From assembly GCA_050575255.1 (NCBI GenBank), contig JBNZDD010013687.1, positions 2,323,312 to 2,387,311 on the forward strand: 64,000 nucleotides of DNA, written 5' to 3'. Below are positions 23,664-37,630 of this stretch, piece by piece (position 1 is the stretch's first letter; each line of letters opens with the position of its first letter). Origin of the DNA: Harriotta raleighana. Its lineage: Eukaryota. Under the pieces are notes generated by a model, which saw only the letters and a program-made list of their open reading frames with translations, did not search any database and had not been told where the DNA came from. A program made the translations under genes and the position numbers.

Positions 23664-26600
23664 TAGCTTGCACTTTGTGGCTTTAGGAGGTTCTGTCCTT
23701 GGGAGACACAGCTGATATGGGTACATTCATGATTCTACCACTTTCAACTGAAAGTGAATTTAATTAAATATTGAAAGTGCTATAGAGTTACAGAGCTAGA
23801 ACGATAATTGAGACCTGGGACAAAACTGCTCAAACGTAGCAGCATGGTATTTTAACTATTCTTTATTGTTTAAAGAAAAATTCAGAAAGATAGGAGTCAT
23901 GGACTTAAACTCATGGCAGATAAACCAATTATAATGTCATTGGTACTGTGCTTCTTTCTAATATTTTATTAAATGGCCTCTCTACCATTTTGAAAGATGA
24001 TAGTGGGTCAGTCACCAAGCTGAAGAAAAGAGATGATTCAATTGGAATCGTTAAAAATGCTTCACCCTCATATCTCCTTCAATTCCCATCAAAATTGGAA
24101 AAAAAATGTTTGGGATGTCTTTTTAAGAAGAATACTTCCATGGCTTTAGCTGAGATATGATGAATGTCTCCATTCACAGGACTGTCCACAGCTCACTGGC
24201 ATCTTATGAGTTTGGTTGTCCCTGCACCCCCACTTACAAAGCTATTCATCATATCCTTAGGGCCAGCCACATTGATACATTGTCTATTTATACACTGGAC
24301 TGTATTTGCTGCTTTATGGCGCACTGATGTCCGCATGGAATTATATTGGGTTGTAAGCCATTGTGTGAAGGAAGGGAGGTGCCATTACTTCCTTTGTGGA
24401 TCAGAATGTGGATTGATATAAACAATTACTAATTTCAGAATCACAAGGAAGCAGTGACAGATGAGGACATTAGTTTCTTTTAAGGCTTTCAACTCGAATG
24501 CCCAAGTTCTTCAATTTCAACACTAAATCACAAGGTGATAGCGACGATGAACTACAAATCAAATACATCTACTGTATTAATTGTAACTCACTTTGGATTA
24601 CAGTATGGAGCCAGTTTTAATGAATAAAATCAACAAACTTTTCAAATAAATTGTATTGGAAATACCATTCACTTCAATGCGAAACAGGCACAATCACAAC
24701 GATGAAACAAACCATACAAATATTACATTGGAATGATGTACATATCCAGGGCTCATGTAAAGTCATCAAGCCGGACAATTGATATTGGTAATATAAGTGC
24801 ATCGATAGTTCATGGATTCATGCAGATTTCCGAGACCTGATTCCTGGATATATTGCTGGTCACAGTAACCTTATTGGAACTGTGAATGCCCCTAGGTTTT
24901 TTTTCCCATTACTCAGCCAATTTTCCAATTGAAAACATTTTAAATTCCAAGAATGTTTACTTGAATGAGTGGCCTGTGAAGTACCTTATTTTACCTTGAG
25001 CTTTGAACTCGTCATCTGATACCTTTCACTTTCGGTTACAAATATATTGGCCCATGTTTCGTCGATTCACATTAGCTCGAAACTTTTTTTTCACAAAAAT
25101 GTTCTTGAATTGCATATTTTATGAAACTCCAATGTTTTTCCTTCTATGTTTTTCCAACAGTCCTATTATTTTTGGGACACAGTGTCTGAGCTTTTTCAAA
25201 ATTGGAACGTGAACTATTTTCCAAACCCCTGGTGTCATCCATATATTTAAATAAAGTAGAGAAATTCCAACCACAGTTCCTCTGACATGTGCCTTACTTT
25301 CTTTAAGGGAGCAGCCAAGAGGATTGCAGTGGCATTTTCCAGGCCTGCACATTCCTATGATATTTGACAATTTTGCTTGCATGATAGTTATTGATCTCCA
25401 TTTATACCTTTAAATTTAAATTATTCTACTCCCAACTACAAACAGGAGTAATCTCCCTTTTTATTCAATGTATTCTTTCTAGGTTCTGGATTTCAAGCGC
25501 GTTTCTGCAAGGCTAATTCTATTCACTTTCTCAATCAAGTTCCACTTCTCACTCTTGTTACATTAAAGTGAAATCCTGCATGGAAATGGTTTGTCAGTGA
25601 TGAGCAGGATAACACAGAAGTTGATGAGTTAAGATACAAATAGTAATTCACTGCATAATTGTTCGTGGGACATTGCTGTGGGCAAATTAGCGGCCTTGTT
25701 CACATACAAAATACTGAACATAGAAAGGCTCTTGAAAAAGGATTGATGAAGTTGCTAAATATTTAGAACTTCACCTCTGACCTTGAACTGTGTAATTATG
25801 GCCATTACAGCAGCAGTAAATCAGTCCGATCAATGAATAAATCAGAATTTTCCTCCAGGAAGATCCAAGATGTCTGAGGATTGAGGAATTTATGTAAATC
25901 AGGACTAAGGAATTTTGAATAAGAAGTTGGTCTTTAGTGGACTAAAATCTTTATCAATTCCTAACAGGATTTGTTAATGTAGACCACGAATAAGGAAACC
26001 TGATAATATTGTACATGTGTCACAGTGAGCAATGGGAACCAGGAATCTACTTCAGGGCACATTCAAGCATGTTTTTTACGAGCTTGAGTGACGTAGTTCT
26101 AGTTGTGCATTTTCTAACATTATTGATTTCTCAGAATCAATTAAATGCCTTAATTGCTATTTTCAAATCGCTATTTGCCATGTGTAACACAAAGATGAAA
26201 ATTTAAGTTTCTATTTTAAACAGATGGCATGTAATGCATAGTTGAAACATCCAATTTTACTTCTGTTGCTATTCATGCATAAATGTTACAAACAGGCTAA
26301 ATAATTGTCCCACTGTGACTTCCAATAGTTAAGATTCAATTTTTAAATATATAAACATGATAGTTTTAAGAATCGGTACCAATAGGATGTGGGTTTGTTC
26401 AGATTCCTTATGTTGGGTGTCACAGATTTCAACTGTGCCATTATAAGCAAAGTCGTGCACATTTGAAATATTGAAAGCTTGGTGGATCAGATGTTTCTTT
26501 AACTGATTTTACATTCAACGTTCAAATAATAAACATTTCCTAAGATACACATGTGAAATATTCAGAAAACATTCTTTCATCCCGAGGGCTCATTCATAAT

Positions 26601-28235
26601 ATTTTTATATCATTTTTTATTCTATACTTTGGCGGATAGTGGTTTAGCACTACATCACAGGGAGGAAACAAAACAGAAATCAATTGGAGAACTACATCAG
26701 ACTGTAGACATACTTCTACTGACTGGTTAAAGAACTAATTTGGCAGAAAATTATTTGCTCAGTGATGGTGCAGAGAAGATAAGAAAATACCTTTATAAGA
26801 AAAAGGCACAGCACTCACTGACGAGTCAGTGAGTTCATCCAGGTTGTAGATTAACTGCAGAGACTGGACGGTTCTGATTATGTGATCTCAGCCAGTTGTG
26901 GTGCTACCAATTGCTTTAATCACCCCCAGGTTGCAGTGCAGAAGAACAACATTGTTCACAGTGACCTGTAATGTCCTTTGTGGCCAAATGCCCTCTACTA
27001 TCAAGAGCATGTGAGCAATAATAATCCTTGCGTTTGTTTGCATGATACTTAGTTGAGTGGGGTACTTGAAGGTTCCTAAGGAACTGTACCACACTGGAAG
27101 GAAATTTTGAATCAATCACCTCCCGAAACGGAAATAATGGTGAGAAGGAAAACCAGCCACTAAAATTGGGACTTCCAAAGATACTGCAGGTAAAATACAA
27201 TCTTAATTCACTTACATACCATATTGTATTTGCCTGTGGAGGGATGGCAGGCTTCAGAGGGTTTCTTTTTAAGATAAATGATTTTATCATTTAGCTTAAA
27301 ACATTACAAAATATTTGTCCATCTTTTTTGCGCCATATGTAGCTCTGTAGCTCCTTGTACCGTAGCACAGCCTGATGAATCCATAAACTTCAAAGTAAAT
27401 TACAGCGCTTTTAGGCTCCATTAGAGCTCAACAGCACTGCAGTGATTTTTTTTCTACGATTGAAAGCACCATTTCATTTTATCATGGAATGAACGAAAAG
27501 CAATTTGCCTGGCATCTCTTCTGCAAGTCTACATTTCATTAAAGGAACATCATTCACCTGCAAATTTTCATTCTTCTTTTGCGAAAAGCTTCTTAAAATA
27601 AAAATACACATTAAATGACACAAAGGCAAGCTCATTCAGGACTGTTCTGTTGGTGCTGCTTGTGTATGTGTTTGAAAGCCCGTTCAATATCATTAGGCTA
27701 GTCGGCGCTTGGCTGTAGGATTCATTTGCAGTCGCCTTTCTCCATCAACCTGAAATTTCATTAAAAATTGATAAACTATGAATAACTAATAAATCTGGCC
27801 GGCACGGTAGCTGTACTAACCATACCACCTCTAGCAATACATGTATTGTCAGGCAGGTATATACATCTGGTCTACATAGATTTTTCTAACCTGTCAAAAT
27901 ATCTGTAGCAATGAGTTGCATTATTTACTTAACATGGTTTCTTTATCACCACAGTCCACGCAGAAATTTTCCTGAAACAGAATTTTTGTTCAAATGGGAG
28001 ATTCTGGACTCTTGTTGCATGGCAGAGCTCAAAAATGAATGATTTGTGAGATGCAAAAAACTGACAGCTCAATCTTTTAAACCCTTCAAAACAGTATTAA
28101 CCAAATACATTTGTTACTGCAAGATGATGATTTTTTTGAATAAAATGATACCTTTTCCTGATTTATTCTGGATTTGCTGGATTTTACAGCGTCATTTGTT
28201 ACTGCTGCATTTAATATTACACATCGCAAATTTAT

Positions 28236-28786
28236 TACACGTCTTCACTGGTCTCCTTCAATGGCTTCTCCTCTGCCCCAGGACAGCCACATACAGCGTT
28301 CCTTCGTCTCTATCTTTAGGGTCCACTTGCACATGCACACAGATGATAGGTCTCTACTTCCCTTCTCAATTCTAGGAACTGTTGTTTTGACCGATGTGAG
28401 ACACCAAGTCCTGAATGAATTCTATGTTTCTATAGCTCAATGCCAACATGGACGAAGTTCTCTTGCTAATACTTCCGTCAGGGCCTTCTCATCGCAAGCA
28501 CTGACCCCATTGACCATCATGGGTGCTCACGTAACCTTATACGGCAGAATGTTTTCTGTTCAACTACCTTGCAAAATCTGTGTTCTTACTCGCTCTGTTC
28601 TCCCTTGCCTCTGCAACATTGCCTGTCTCTGCCACCAGTTCTCTCTCCTCAGCCGGCTGAAATTCTCATCCATGTTTCCATTAAGTCAAGGTTTGATTAA
28701 TCAGTTTTATGAACTGCTTTGAGATGTTCACATGACGTGATAGGAGCTATAGAAATATAAAGTATTGTTGTTGGTTATTATTATTC
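28236..28786 (+). mobile_element. Old, heavily decayed L2 fragment ending in an L2/SINE-type tail
   Basis: Remnants VSFNGFSSAPRT, HMHTDD and KS*M in RT order, followed by ctttgagatgttcacatgacgtgataggagctatagaaat. Confidence 0.6.
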
Positions 28787-31700
28787 ATTTTTAGATCATG
28801 ACACTATTCTTTTGATTGGTATTAATTTAGGGTTTATCATTCTGGTAATTGAAGTGGATGATACTGCTGTCACCATTTCAAAGAAACATGGCTTCTTTCT
28901 CTGGTTTACCTTCTTATATTCTCCTCCTAAATCTAACTGTACTGTGGAATTCCAATGAATTGGGTTTCATCTCTTTGCATTTCATGGAATGTTACTGGTG
29001 TAAATTAGTTGCTGTGCTTGCCAATATAAATTAATTCACTTTAATTTCCAATCTACGACATTTTCCAAAGGACTTTGAGATGGTCATCTTTTACATGAAA
29101 AGTCCTACACAAATGCAAGTTGCTTTTTTTATTATAAAATATACACATACAGAAAACGATCCATGTAAAGACAAAGCTTCAATTTAACACTCATCTATTT
29201 TGTACAGAAAATTGTGATCACAAATATGCAATACTGCGTCTTGTTAATACTGCCTATTCAATTGGATGTTGCTTACTTTCAATTGAATCAATTGGAAATA
29301 TCATAAATTCTTTAAATCAGTATTGCCCCACTGAAACGTAAGGCATCTTGCACGTTGGTATACAAAACCATATAAATACATCGGAGGCAATGTACGATAT
29401 TGCTTTAAAATAGTGTACATCATGTTATTAACACTTGCTTCATAAATTGGTAATGATCTTGAAGTGGAACAAAGCATGAAGCAATAAGGGACAGCTGTGA
29501 TACAACTATTTAATTAGTTGCTATGACTTACCACATCAGGAATAGAGAATTAACACTTCATTTATAAACAGATTCAAGATCCATCAGTGCCTTGTGTGGA
29601 GATCAAGGGTAATTGTTTCTGAGGTTCAAGTTTAGGTTACCACAGAGATTTATTAAATGTCTAAATACATAGATAATATACTGTACTATTTTCAAAGAAG
29701 ATTGTTTACATTATCTCTTCACTTTGTTTCATTAAAATAACAGTCAAAATGCAGCTCCGGGTTCCATTTGACTGCAGAGGAGGAGTTCTGGACATCTTGA
29801 GATTAATTAAACCCTTTAATAATGAACATCCATTGTCATTTTCATAGATAAAGAGCACATATATTTGATTAAAGATTTTCAAATCAATGTTCTTCTGCAA
29901 ATTTCTAGGAGGAATTTCAGAAGCGTGTAAGACAAGAGGAATCTAACTTCTAAATACTGTTCTTAATAAGATAAAGAATAATTCAATTGAAAAATCCAAT
30001 TTGTTCCCAAGAATTTGGGAACCGTTTCATGTCAATCATCTTGTATAATCCTTGTTTTATTTCTCCAGGTCAAAAAGTAGGCCAATCTGCATCCAGCAGC
30101 TCCACTGGAACTGTGTTCTTCATCAGCTACTTGACACAGATTGGTACAATTTTCCAGCATAAAAACACTGTCCAGAACACTACTGTCACATCACTGGATA
30201 GTGTTCAAAGTTATCTTTGGTCCTTTTCACATTTCATTGCAGCAATTAGTGATCCAGGATTTGTGTTGCAGAATTGGTAACCTGATCAGCTCTGACAACA
30301 ACCGGGTTACCGGATGGTTCACCTTACCACAGCCCAGTGGTCCATCTCCAGCATATAGATATTGCATGCAGATATTGCCCAGCCATGACCACACAGCTCT
30401 ACAGCAAACTGCAAAGTGTTTGATAGTAAACTTTAGCTCCACCAGATGAAGTGCGTCAATGAAGAAGCCAGAGGGAGGGGTGCAAGATGAATCTTAATTT
30501 TTCAAAGCACAAGAACTGCAATGGAGTACAAAGATTGAATGATATCAATTAAACCAAATAAAAAAGAGGATTCTCTTAGCAAACCTTGACTCCCAGATCA
30601 GGTGATGCCTTCAATTCAACACTGATCTTAAAATATAGACGCTCCACTGTCTCTAGGTACCAGACAACTGTAATAGTTGGATCAAGGCTCCAGATTCCTG
30701 TTTACACACATAGACAAGAAAGTAAACCATAGGGGCATGTTTAAAGATAGGTTGATTTAGCAATGAAAACTGGAACAACTTTTAAAAAAAATTAAGGTAT
30801 TGAAATAACTTTCTAAAATGTTTTACAGAACTTTTGTTTAGAAAAATATGCATCAACCCAGAGGAATTTGACAAAAGAGAGACCTATAGCACCAATCCAG
30901 GTGTATGTTAAATATTACAGTTTAAAAAAACGTGAATTTGTTGAGTAATCTAAAGAGAACTTTATTAAAGAATTTTTAAAAAATAAAAAATATATATATT
31001 TTCAGAAATCCAGAAAGGTCATTCAGCAGCTTACTTTAAAGCTTCTAAATTGTACGAAGAAAAGATGGTTTCAATTTAATGCATTTGTTGGACTGCCTTG
31101 GAAGCACTTTCTATGGTTTTTCAACAAAATATGTTTAACTAATCAAGACACATTGGTGAGGTACAGAGCATTCCCTGTAGAAGACTTTTTTTGTGGAAGA
31201 TGCAAGTTCATTTGGCTTTCACACCTTGAGACAGAGTGGTACAACAGTGGTCACACACCAGTGATCAAAAATTTGTCAAGACCGACGTTAAATGCAAGTA
31301 ATACATTATTTTTAATAAAATGATTATTGGTGGGGAATATTTTTTGAACAATGTTTCTGTCAGGCACTTAACTGAATGTGTTTTTTTTATGAATCGGGGG
31401 AAAAAAAAGATTGCTTGTGACATTGAGTGCATGTTTGAGGCTTCTGTGGTACAAGTGAGTGCATCACACATTACATAACCAGTAATAAAGGTTTATTGCA
31501 GCGATACATGAACTTACGCATTATGTTCTGTACATGATCATTATCAAGCATAATGAATAGCTGAGTTACAAGACTGGAATCTAAACAGATACATTGTAAA
31601 AATGATATACAATTTGAAACTACGCACAAACAGAATTCCAGAAACCATCATTAATTTTTAATGTTTTTCATATCAAAGACTCAGTCCAGCAACATTAAAA

Positions 31701-33821
31701 TGTTATTGGGCTTGGATCTTTAAAGAGACTGTTTTCAATATAAAGGGCAAAAAGATTTGCTCACAAAAGGAAATTTTCATGTATAAGTGGCATACATATG
31801 TGGAAAATCTCAGTCTGGTTTAGGTGCACTAAAACACGAAGATGGGTTAATATAACTGTCAAGACATCCGGCTGACCAAAAAGAGAAACAATTGTGAGAT
31901 GTGTTCTTTTACTTGACATACAAAAAAAAATCACTTTGTGGCATACTGCATTACAATTGTAATTCTAGAATCTAATCTCAGTGTTTTATTGTCTTCCACT
32001 TCATTTGATGTACGGCCTCAGGAATTGTCAGTTGTCGGGAACAACTCTGGAGGTACTTGTCACTATTGAATCACCATGAGCTGCAAAACTCTATTTTCCT
32101 GCACTTTGACCCAAACTCATGAAGCTAGATGTTTGCAAAGTTACACGTTGGGCATCTTGCCAGTGAAAGTATCTACCTGTATTTTAGAAATGGAATAGAC
32201 TGTTTCCAGCACATCCATATGTGAAAGATAGCCAACAAATGAGAGGAAAAAGTCGATTCCTTATTTGGTTACAATTTACTAAGGGGATGCAACACCATGC
32301 CGAGCCACCCCCTAACTTTTTTTTGAACTAATAAAGTACTTTCTCCTGTATGAATACTTAAAATTACTAAGTCAATGCTTTTTTCTATTGGCTGAGTGAA
32401 TCCAGTTGTGGAATCCACTTTTTTTTAGCAAGCCTTCTTAGAAAGGAAACCAGAGTTTGCTGATGAGATTGAATCATGTACTGTATTAAGTTTGGTGAGA
32501 ATCTCATAATATTGGTGAAGCATCTGAGTTTGGTTCAGCTGATAAAACCACTTCGAAGTGCGAATCAAAGACAAACAGGATGAATCAACTGATCATTCCT
32601 TGTATAGGTTTACACCTGAAGATTGATTCACATGAGCAGAGTATCAAAGGACAGCCAATATCCGTGGAAAAAAATCCAACCATTTGTCTGCAGCTTCAAG
32701 AGATGAGAAGAGGGATCAAAATTACAAAGGGAATTCTTCAATTATTTTTAAACACTGCAATAACCTGCCATTTCTAGTCAATGTTTCAAAGATATTATTA
32801 AAGTTTTTTTGGAGCATAAAATATCTGCAGCATCCCTTAGATATTGTTCTGGAGATCATCATATGTTGAATCTGTATGAGGGACAATTTATACCCTTTCT
32901 TATTCTCCATTGGACATTGTTGCAGATCTCAGCATTCAGCATGAATTATTAAAATATTTGCCTTGCTGCTGGGTGTAGGAAGCAACAGAGTTGCTGGAAG
33001 CAGAACACCAACTGCTTCACTTTATCAACAGATGTTCAAGAAAAACAATGTTTGGAACTATTGATATTATCACATACTCATTAGGAAGCTCTGCATCATC
33101 ACACATGGCTGTGCTTTTCTTCAGGAATCTTAATACGTCGCAGTATCCACTTGACGGAAAAGCCTTCATCAAGGTGACTGATAGGATACTGAATGAGACA
33201 GATCCTTTAGCACAGTTCCTGCTGCACCTCATAACCTTGTTGAATAATAAAATTATCAAATCACCTACGAAGGAATGCTTTGTAATTTGAAGGAACTTGC
33301 AAAATTTAATGCCAAGGAGTTTGCCTGTATAATGGCCTCAACCTTGAATTACAATATAGCCAACATTTGTTTTTGTGCCAGAGAATTTAAAATTCACATT
33401 CCTGCTTCACAGTCTGATAGGGTCTGTCATTTCTCTGTTGATTTTCCTTCTTCTGAGGTGCACTTCTGCACTATAGGGACCTAATTTAAAGGGAAACAGT
33501 ACAAGCCCAGGGAAATTGAGGGTGTGAAAATGTGAGTGAAATGAGTGGAAGCACCATCCACTGGTCGCAGAGTTTCACATGCACATAAGCACTGGATCCC
33601 ATGGAGCGTGTTTAAAGAACATCTTACCCTTGCAACATCAAAGAGGGATGTGGGTTTCCACACAGATTATTACATAAATTAATCTAACTAGCCCCTTCAA
33701 CTACCAGTGAAGATTCCACTATGATGACTATAGTGTATGTATAATTGACACTGCATAAAATAGATCTGTAACATGTAGATATGTCACAACACATTTTCAG
33801 TAAATCATGTATGGGGGAAAA

Positions 33822-33935
33822 TATAATAATAATCATTTTTGAATTTAATATTATGCTTATCACGTCATTGAGTCGTCTCAAAGTGCTTCACAGAATACAT
33901 TTTAAAGTGGATTGACTGTGTATTTTGTGCACACA
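33822..33935 (-). mobile_element. SINE 3' tail, truncated
   Basis: ataataataatc ... tctcaaagtgcttcacagaatac ... aaagtggattgactg. Confidence 0.75.
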
Positions 33936-34365
33936 AGAATGTTTTACACAAGAGGTCCAGGCCTATTGGAATTGCACACCACTGACTTATTTTCTTATGT
34001 GTAAGAGTTACTAAGGAACATGCACAAAAGAATACTGTATCAACATTAAGAAGTAACAGCTTTAGATTGCCTCTGCCATCCTGCTGTATGCACAATAAAT
34101 GTTTTACAATACTGTACAGTATAGTGCAAAATACCACCATGGAGAATTTTGTTTTATTCAAAGCACACATCATTTTCAATAAACCAGAATGCTGCACTGC
34201 CACTAGGGATGAGTGGCAGAGATAAAATTAAAGAATACAATATAATGCAATTTGCAATTGAATTGTGGCTTTCATATTGGGAGGATGATTTGAAGAGGTT
34301 GATGCCTCTGACAAACACCAAATTGGACAAGTTCGGAGTAATGTGCACCAATTTGGATGTATGTA

Positions 34366-34655
34366 ATAATAATAATATCTTTGTACAGTATTTGAAATAG
34401 CACCTTACCATGTCATCGAGATATCTCAAAGTATTTCACAAGATTTTAATGGAAAGTGCAGTGGCTGTACTTATAGGGAAACATGGCAGCCACTTTGTGC
34501 ACAGCAATATCCCACAAATAGCCCATTTTATCCAGGGGGATTGTTGGCCAGAACACTGGGATGAACTCCTTTCTCTTTTTCAAAAGTGGCCTGGGATTTC
34601 TAATATCTACCTAAATAGGCAGATGGGGCCTCAGTTAAGTGTCAGCTGAAAGACA
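34366..34655 (-). mobile_element. DeuSINE-like element (tail plus Deu domain)
   Basis: ggcagccactttgtgcacagcaatatcccacaaa ... ttggccagaacactggg ... ggcagatggggcctcagttaagtgtcagctgaaagac. Confidence 0.75.
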
Positions 34656-37630
34656 ATATGGTTAATCACACCTGTCCTGTTTTTCACAGTCTCTCATGGG
34701 ATCACCTGTGCAGAGGTACCTTGAGGAACCTTCTTGCACGATTGGCATTGCAATGACTGGCAGCTGCTTGCTTGCTCCCTGTGGTTGAAGCTACAGTGTT
34801 ACAGGGATATATTTAAAATAATGCAACCCTGCCTAAGGCAATGTGGGTGACAGCTTGCAACACCACAGAGGGACACGGGCTCCTCTGTACCACTGGGTGC
34901 CCTCACCTCAGTTGTGTTGCCCGAGGATGGGGAAGAGGAGTAATATTTCAGCTCGCATCTTCATGGCCAGCCAGGAGTGAGTGAAGGAACTTACTTCTCC
35001 ATGACTAGGTGCGTAGTCTGGTGGGGCCAAAAAAAATAGAAGTTTTCAGTATCTATTTAATCCTTGATTGCAGGGCAGTAAATCTATAAAAAGATATCCC
35101 GTGAAAAACATTCTTTATTCACAAAGCTCCCCCGTGGTGATTTAGCCACAGGGCGGAGGAGTTTATAATAGGGAGTTTTCATGAGATTTTCTGGTACTTT
35201 AGTATGCAGTAACTACACTCTACATTTCCTTCAACTCATCTCTATTATTTGTGCGGGGTAGGGGGTGGTGGGGGGGGGATGAAATAGAAAGACGTTATGT
35301 GTGTTCTACATGGACCAGGGGGTAGAATCCAATGTGGATGAGGATGATGGGAGCCTCATTTTTTTACATGTGAATATCTCAAGTTCTCCCAGCCATACCC
35401 ATGAACAAACATATGCGCACGTACACATATCTTCATCCATATGCTACACAATAATATATTGTCTAGCATTAGACACTGCAGCCATTATTTATCCACAGTA
35501 TTGGAAATTAATTGTACTCGGCAACTGCCTCAGAAGTGCTGCGTATCAAATCGAGAATTTTGTGTGAAAATTAAAACATTTACAGCACCAGTAGCATTGG
35601 AAACTGAAAATGGGTTGTGTCTAGACAAAGGAACATTAAATAAATCAAGTTGTGCTTAGTAATAAGGAGCTGTTGAGTAACACGAATGGATGTAATCCAC
35701 TGAGACTGGGCAAGCGACTTCAATCTATTGTTCGAGAGGAACAGTTATATCATTTCAATAGCTGATAAAATCCAGGAAGAAATACTGAACGAATAGTATA
35801 ATAAAATGATAGCCATTTGTCACACATCAAATAAAAAATGTTTAGCATTTGAGCTTAGGTACAAAGTGATAGGAACATATGTGTATCTGTCAACGATGAT
35901 GGTGTGGGATGGGGGATTCTTCTCTGGGCTGTATGCAATGTGTATCAGGAGAACCTCATCCATAGATTCAAGATAGTAAGCGCCGATTATGCTCTGAAGT
36001 CTCAAAATGGTACTAAATACCGCAGAGTAGCTGCTGAAATGTAGACAAATCTGTGTTTGCTTGAATATTGGAGGACTGGCCATCAGTTTTTGGGACCACT
36101 GCACTTTCTTGAGGCAAATAGGAAACTGAAGTAAAACCGAGAATGAGCTTTTTTTCCCCCTTAATCATGGGGGATGGCCAACTGAATATATCTAGCCAGG
36201 ATTTTTAAATTCTTCACAATTCTTTTCTTTTCAGGATCTGCACGACCATTTTTTTCCCCTGCAGTTCAGTTTACAAAAAAAAAAATTCAGGCATACATAG
36301 CACTGCACTCAAGCAAGGTTGTCTAGGGAACCAGTAGTCTAAAAAAAGGATGAACGCATCCTATTGGACAGCAATGGTCCATACAGTACATGTGCAGCAT
36401 TGTTACATACACAGGACAGAAGAGAACAAGCTGGATGCAGAATGGCTGCCCGCTGAGCAGAATTACATTGATATAACATTCTCCAGCACAATGTGACAAT
36501 TGTTCCATGCCACACATTTTCTAGCTTGAAAATTCTAACAAGCAAATATAATGCACTCGTTTCAGGATGCGCGGCAGTGTTATTCAAACTGAGTTCCTAG
36601 TTTCACAAAATAATGTTTTGCTTTAGCCCGAATGCCACTGTGATTTAAAAGATCTTTACAACTTCTCAATGTAATCTGTTCTACAAAACATTTGTGTTTC
36701 TTCCGGTCCCACCCTTCCATTCCCACACTGCCAAATGCATCAGTCATTTTACACTTAAGGCCTCAAAGCAGTCGCAGTGCACGGGTGAAAGACCAATTCC
36801 TTCATAGAACTCTCCCTGTAATACATCAATGAAAACAAATATTCCACAATGTAGATATCCTGTCACGTTGCACTTGCAGTCTGCATTTCTGAAGTAATGT
36901 ACGCGCGCACAAATCTTAACATGATTGTGTTTGTGTTAACAGGCAGATTTGAAGAAATGACTGTAACCAATTCAGGTTACTGTGACCATACGGTCTAGGT
37001 CAATAATTCTTGAAATGAAATGTGATGTCAGTGAACTTCTCTATGCTGCCATAATTTGTGAAGTTCTGTGACCACCAGAAACACCCTGATCATTTAAATT
37101 CATCAGCGGATGCCAGAGTGGAAATGGCAATCGTCCACAGCATGTCCCCTTTTTACCTCCAAAATATAGCTATTGTGATATTTAAAGAGCATCCTGATTT
37201 TGATCAGACTGAAGCTGATCCTTTCAAATGAATTAGCTTTTCCTCCAGCAAGTAATTTACTGCATTTCTAGTCTCATCTTCTCTTTCAGTCACTTATTGA
37301 AATTAATGCTATAATCACCCCACCTAGGATACGCTTATCTCTTTGGGATTTCATGCATATGATTAAGTGAAGGTCTATGAGTTTGTTCTTTGCAGTAAAG
37401 AAAACTGGGTATCTCTTCTGCCACCTCAACAACAACTTCTTGCATTTATATAGTGCCTTTCATGAAAAAAATTGTCACAAAGCTCTTCAGAGATGGAGTA
37501 GAAATGAACCACAGTATTTGGAGTGAACCAAGGGAAAGCTGCTCATTCTCCAATAAGCCTGCAACATTTCTGTAAGATATATAGCAACATCACTCTCTTG
37601 TCAGAGAAATATGGTCAGGATTTCTGTAAA

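Noticed and set aside
26813-26834. Perfect 9-bp hairpin actcactga-cgag-tcagtgagt
   Set aside because: One or two such stems are expected by chance in 64 kb, and there is no supporting context.
28174-28722. Longest ORF in the window (182 aa)
   Set aside because: It overlaps a decayed L2 fragment, has no recognisable domain and no ATG start.
35334-35350. Small sense-strand YCAY cluster (similar one near 35895-35912)
   Set aside because: Only four motifs and no adjacent splice signals, compatible with background.
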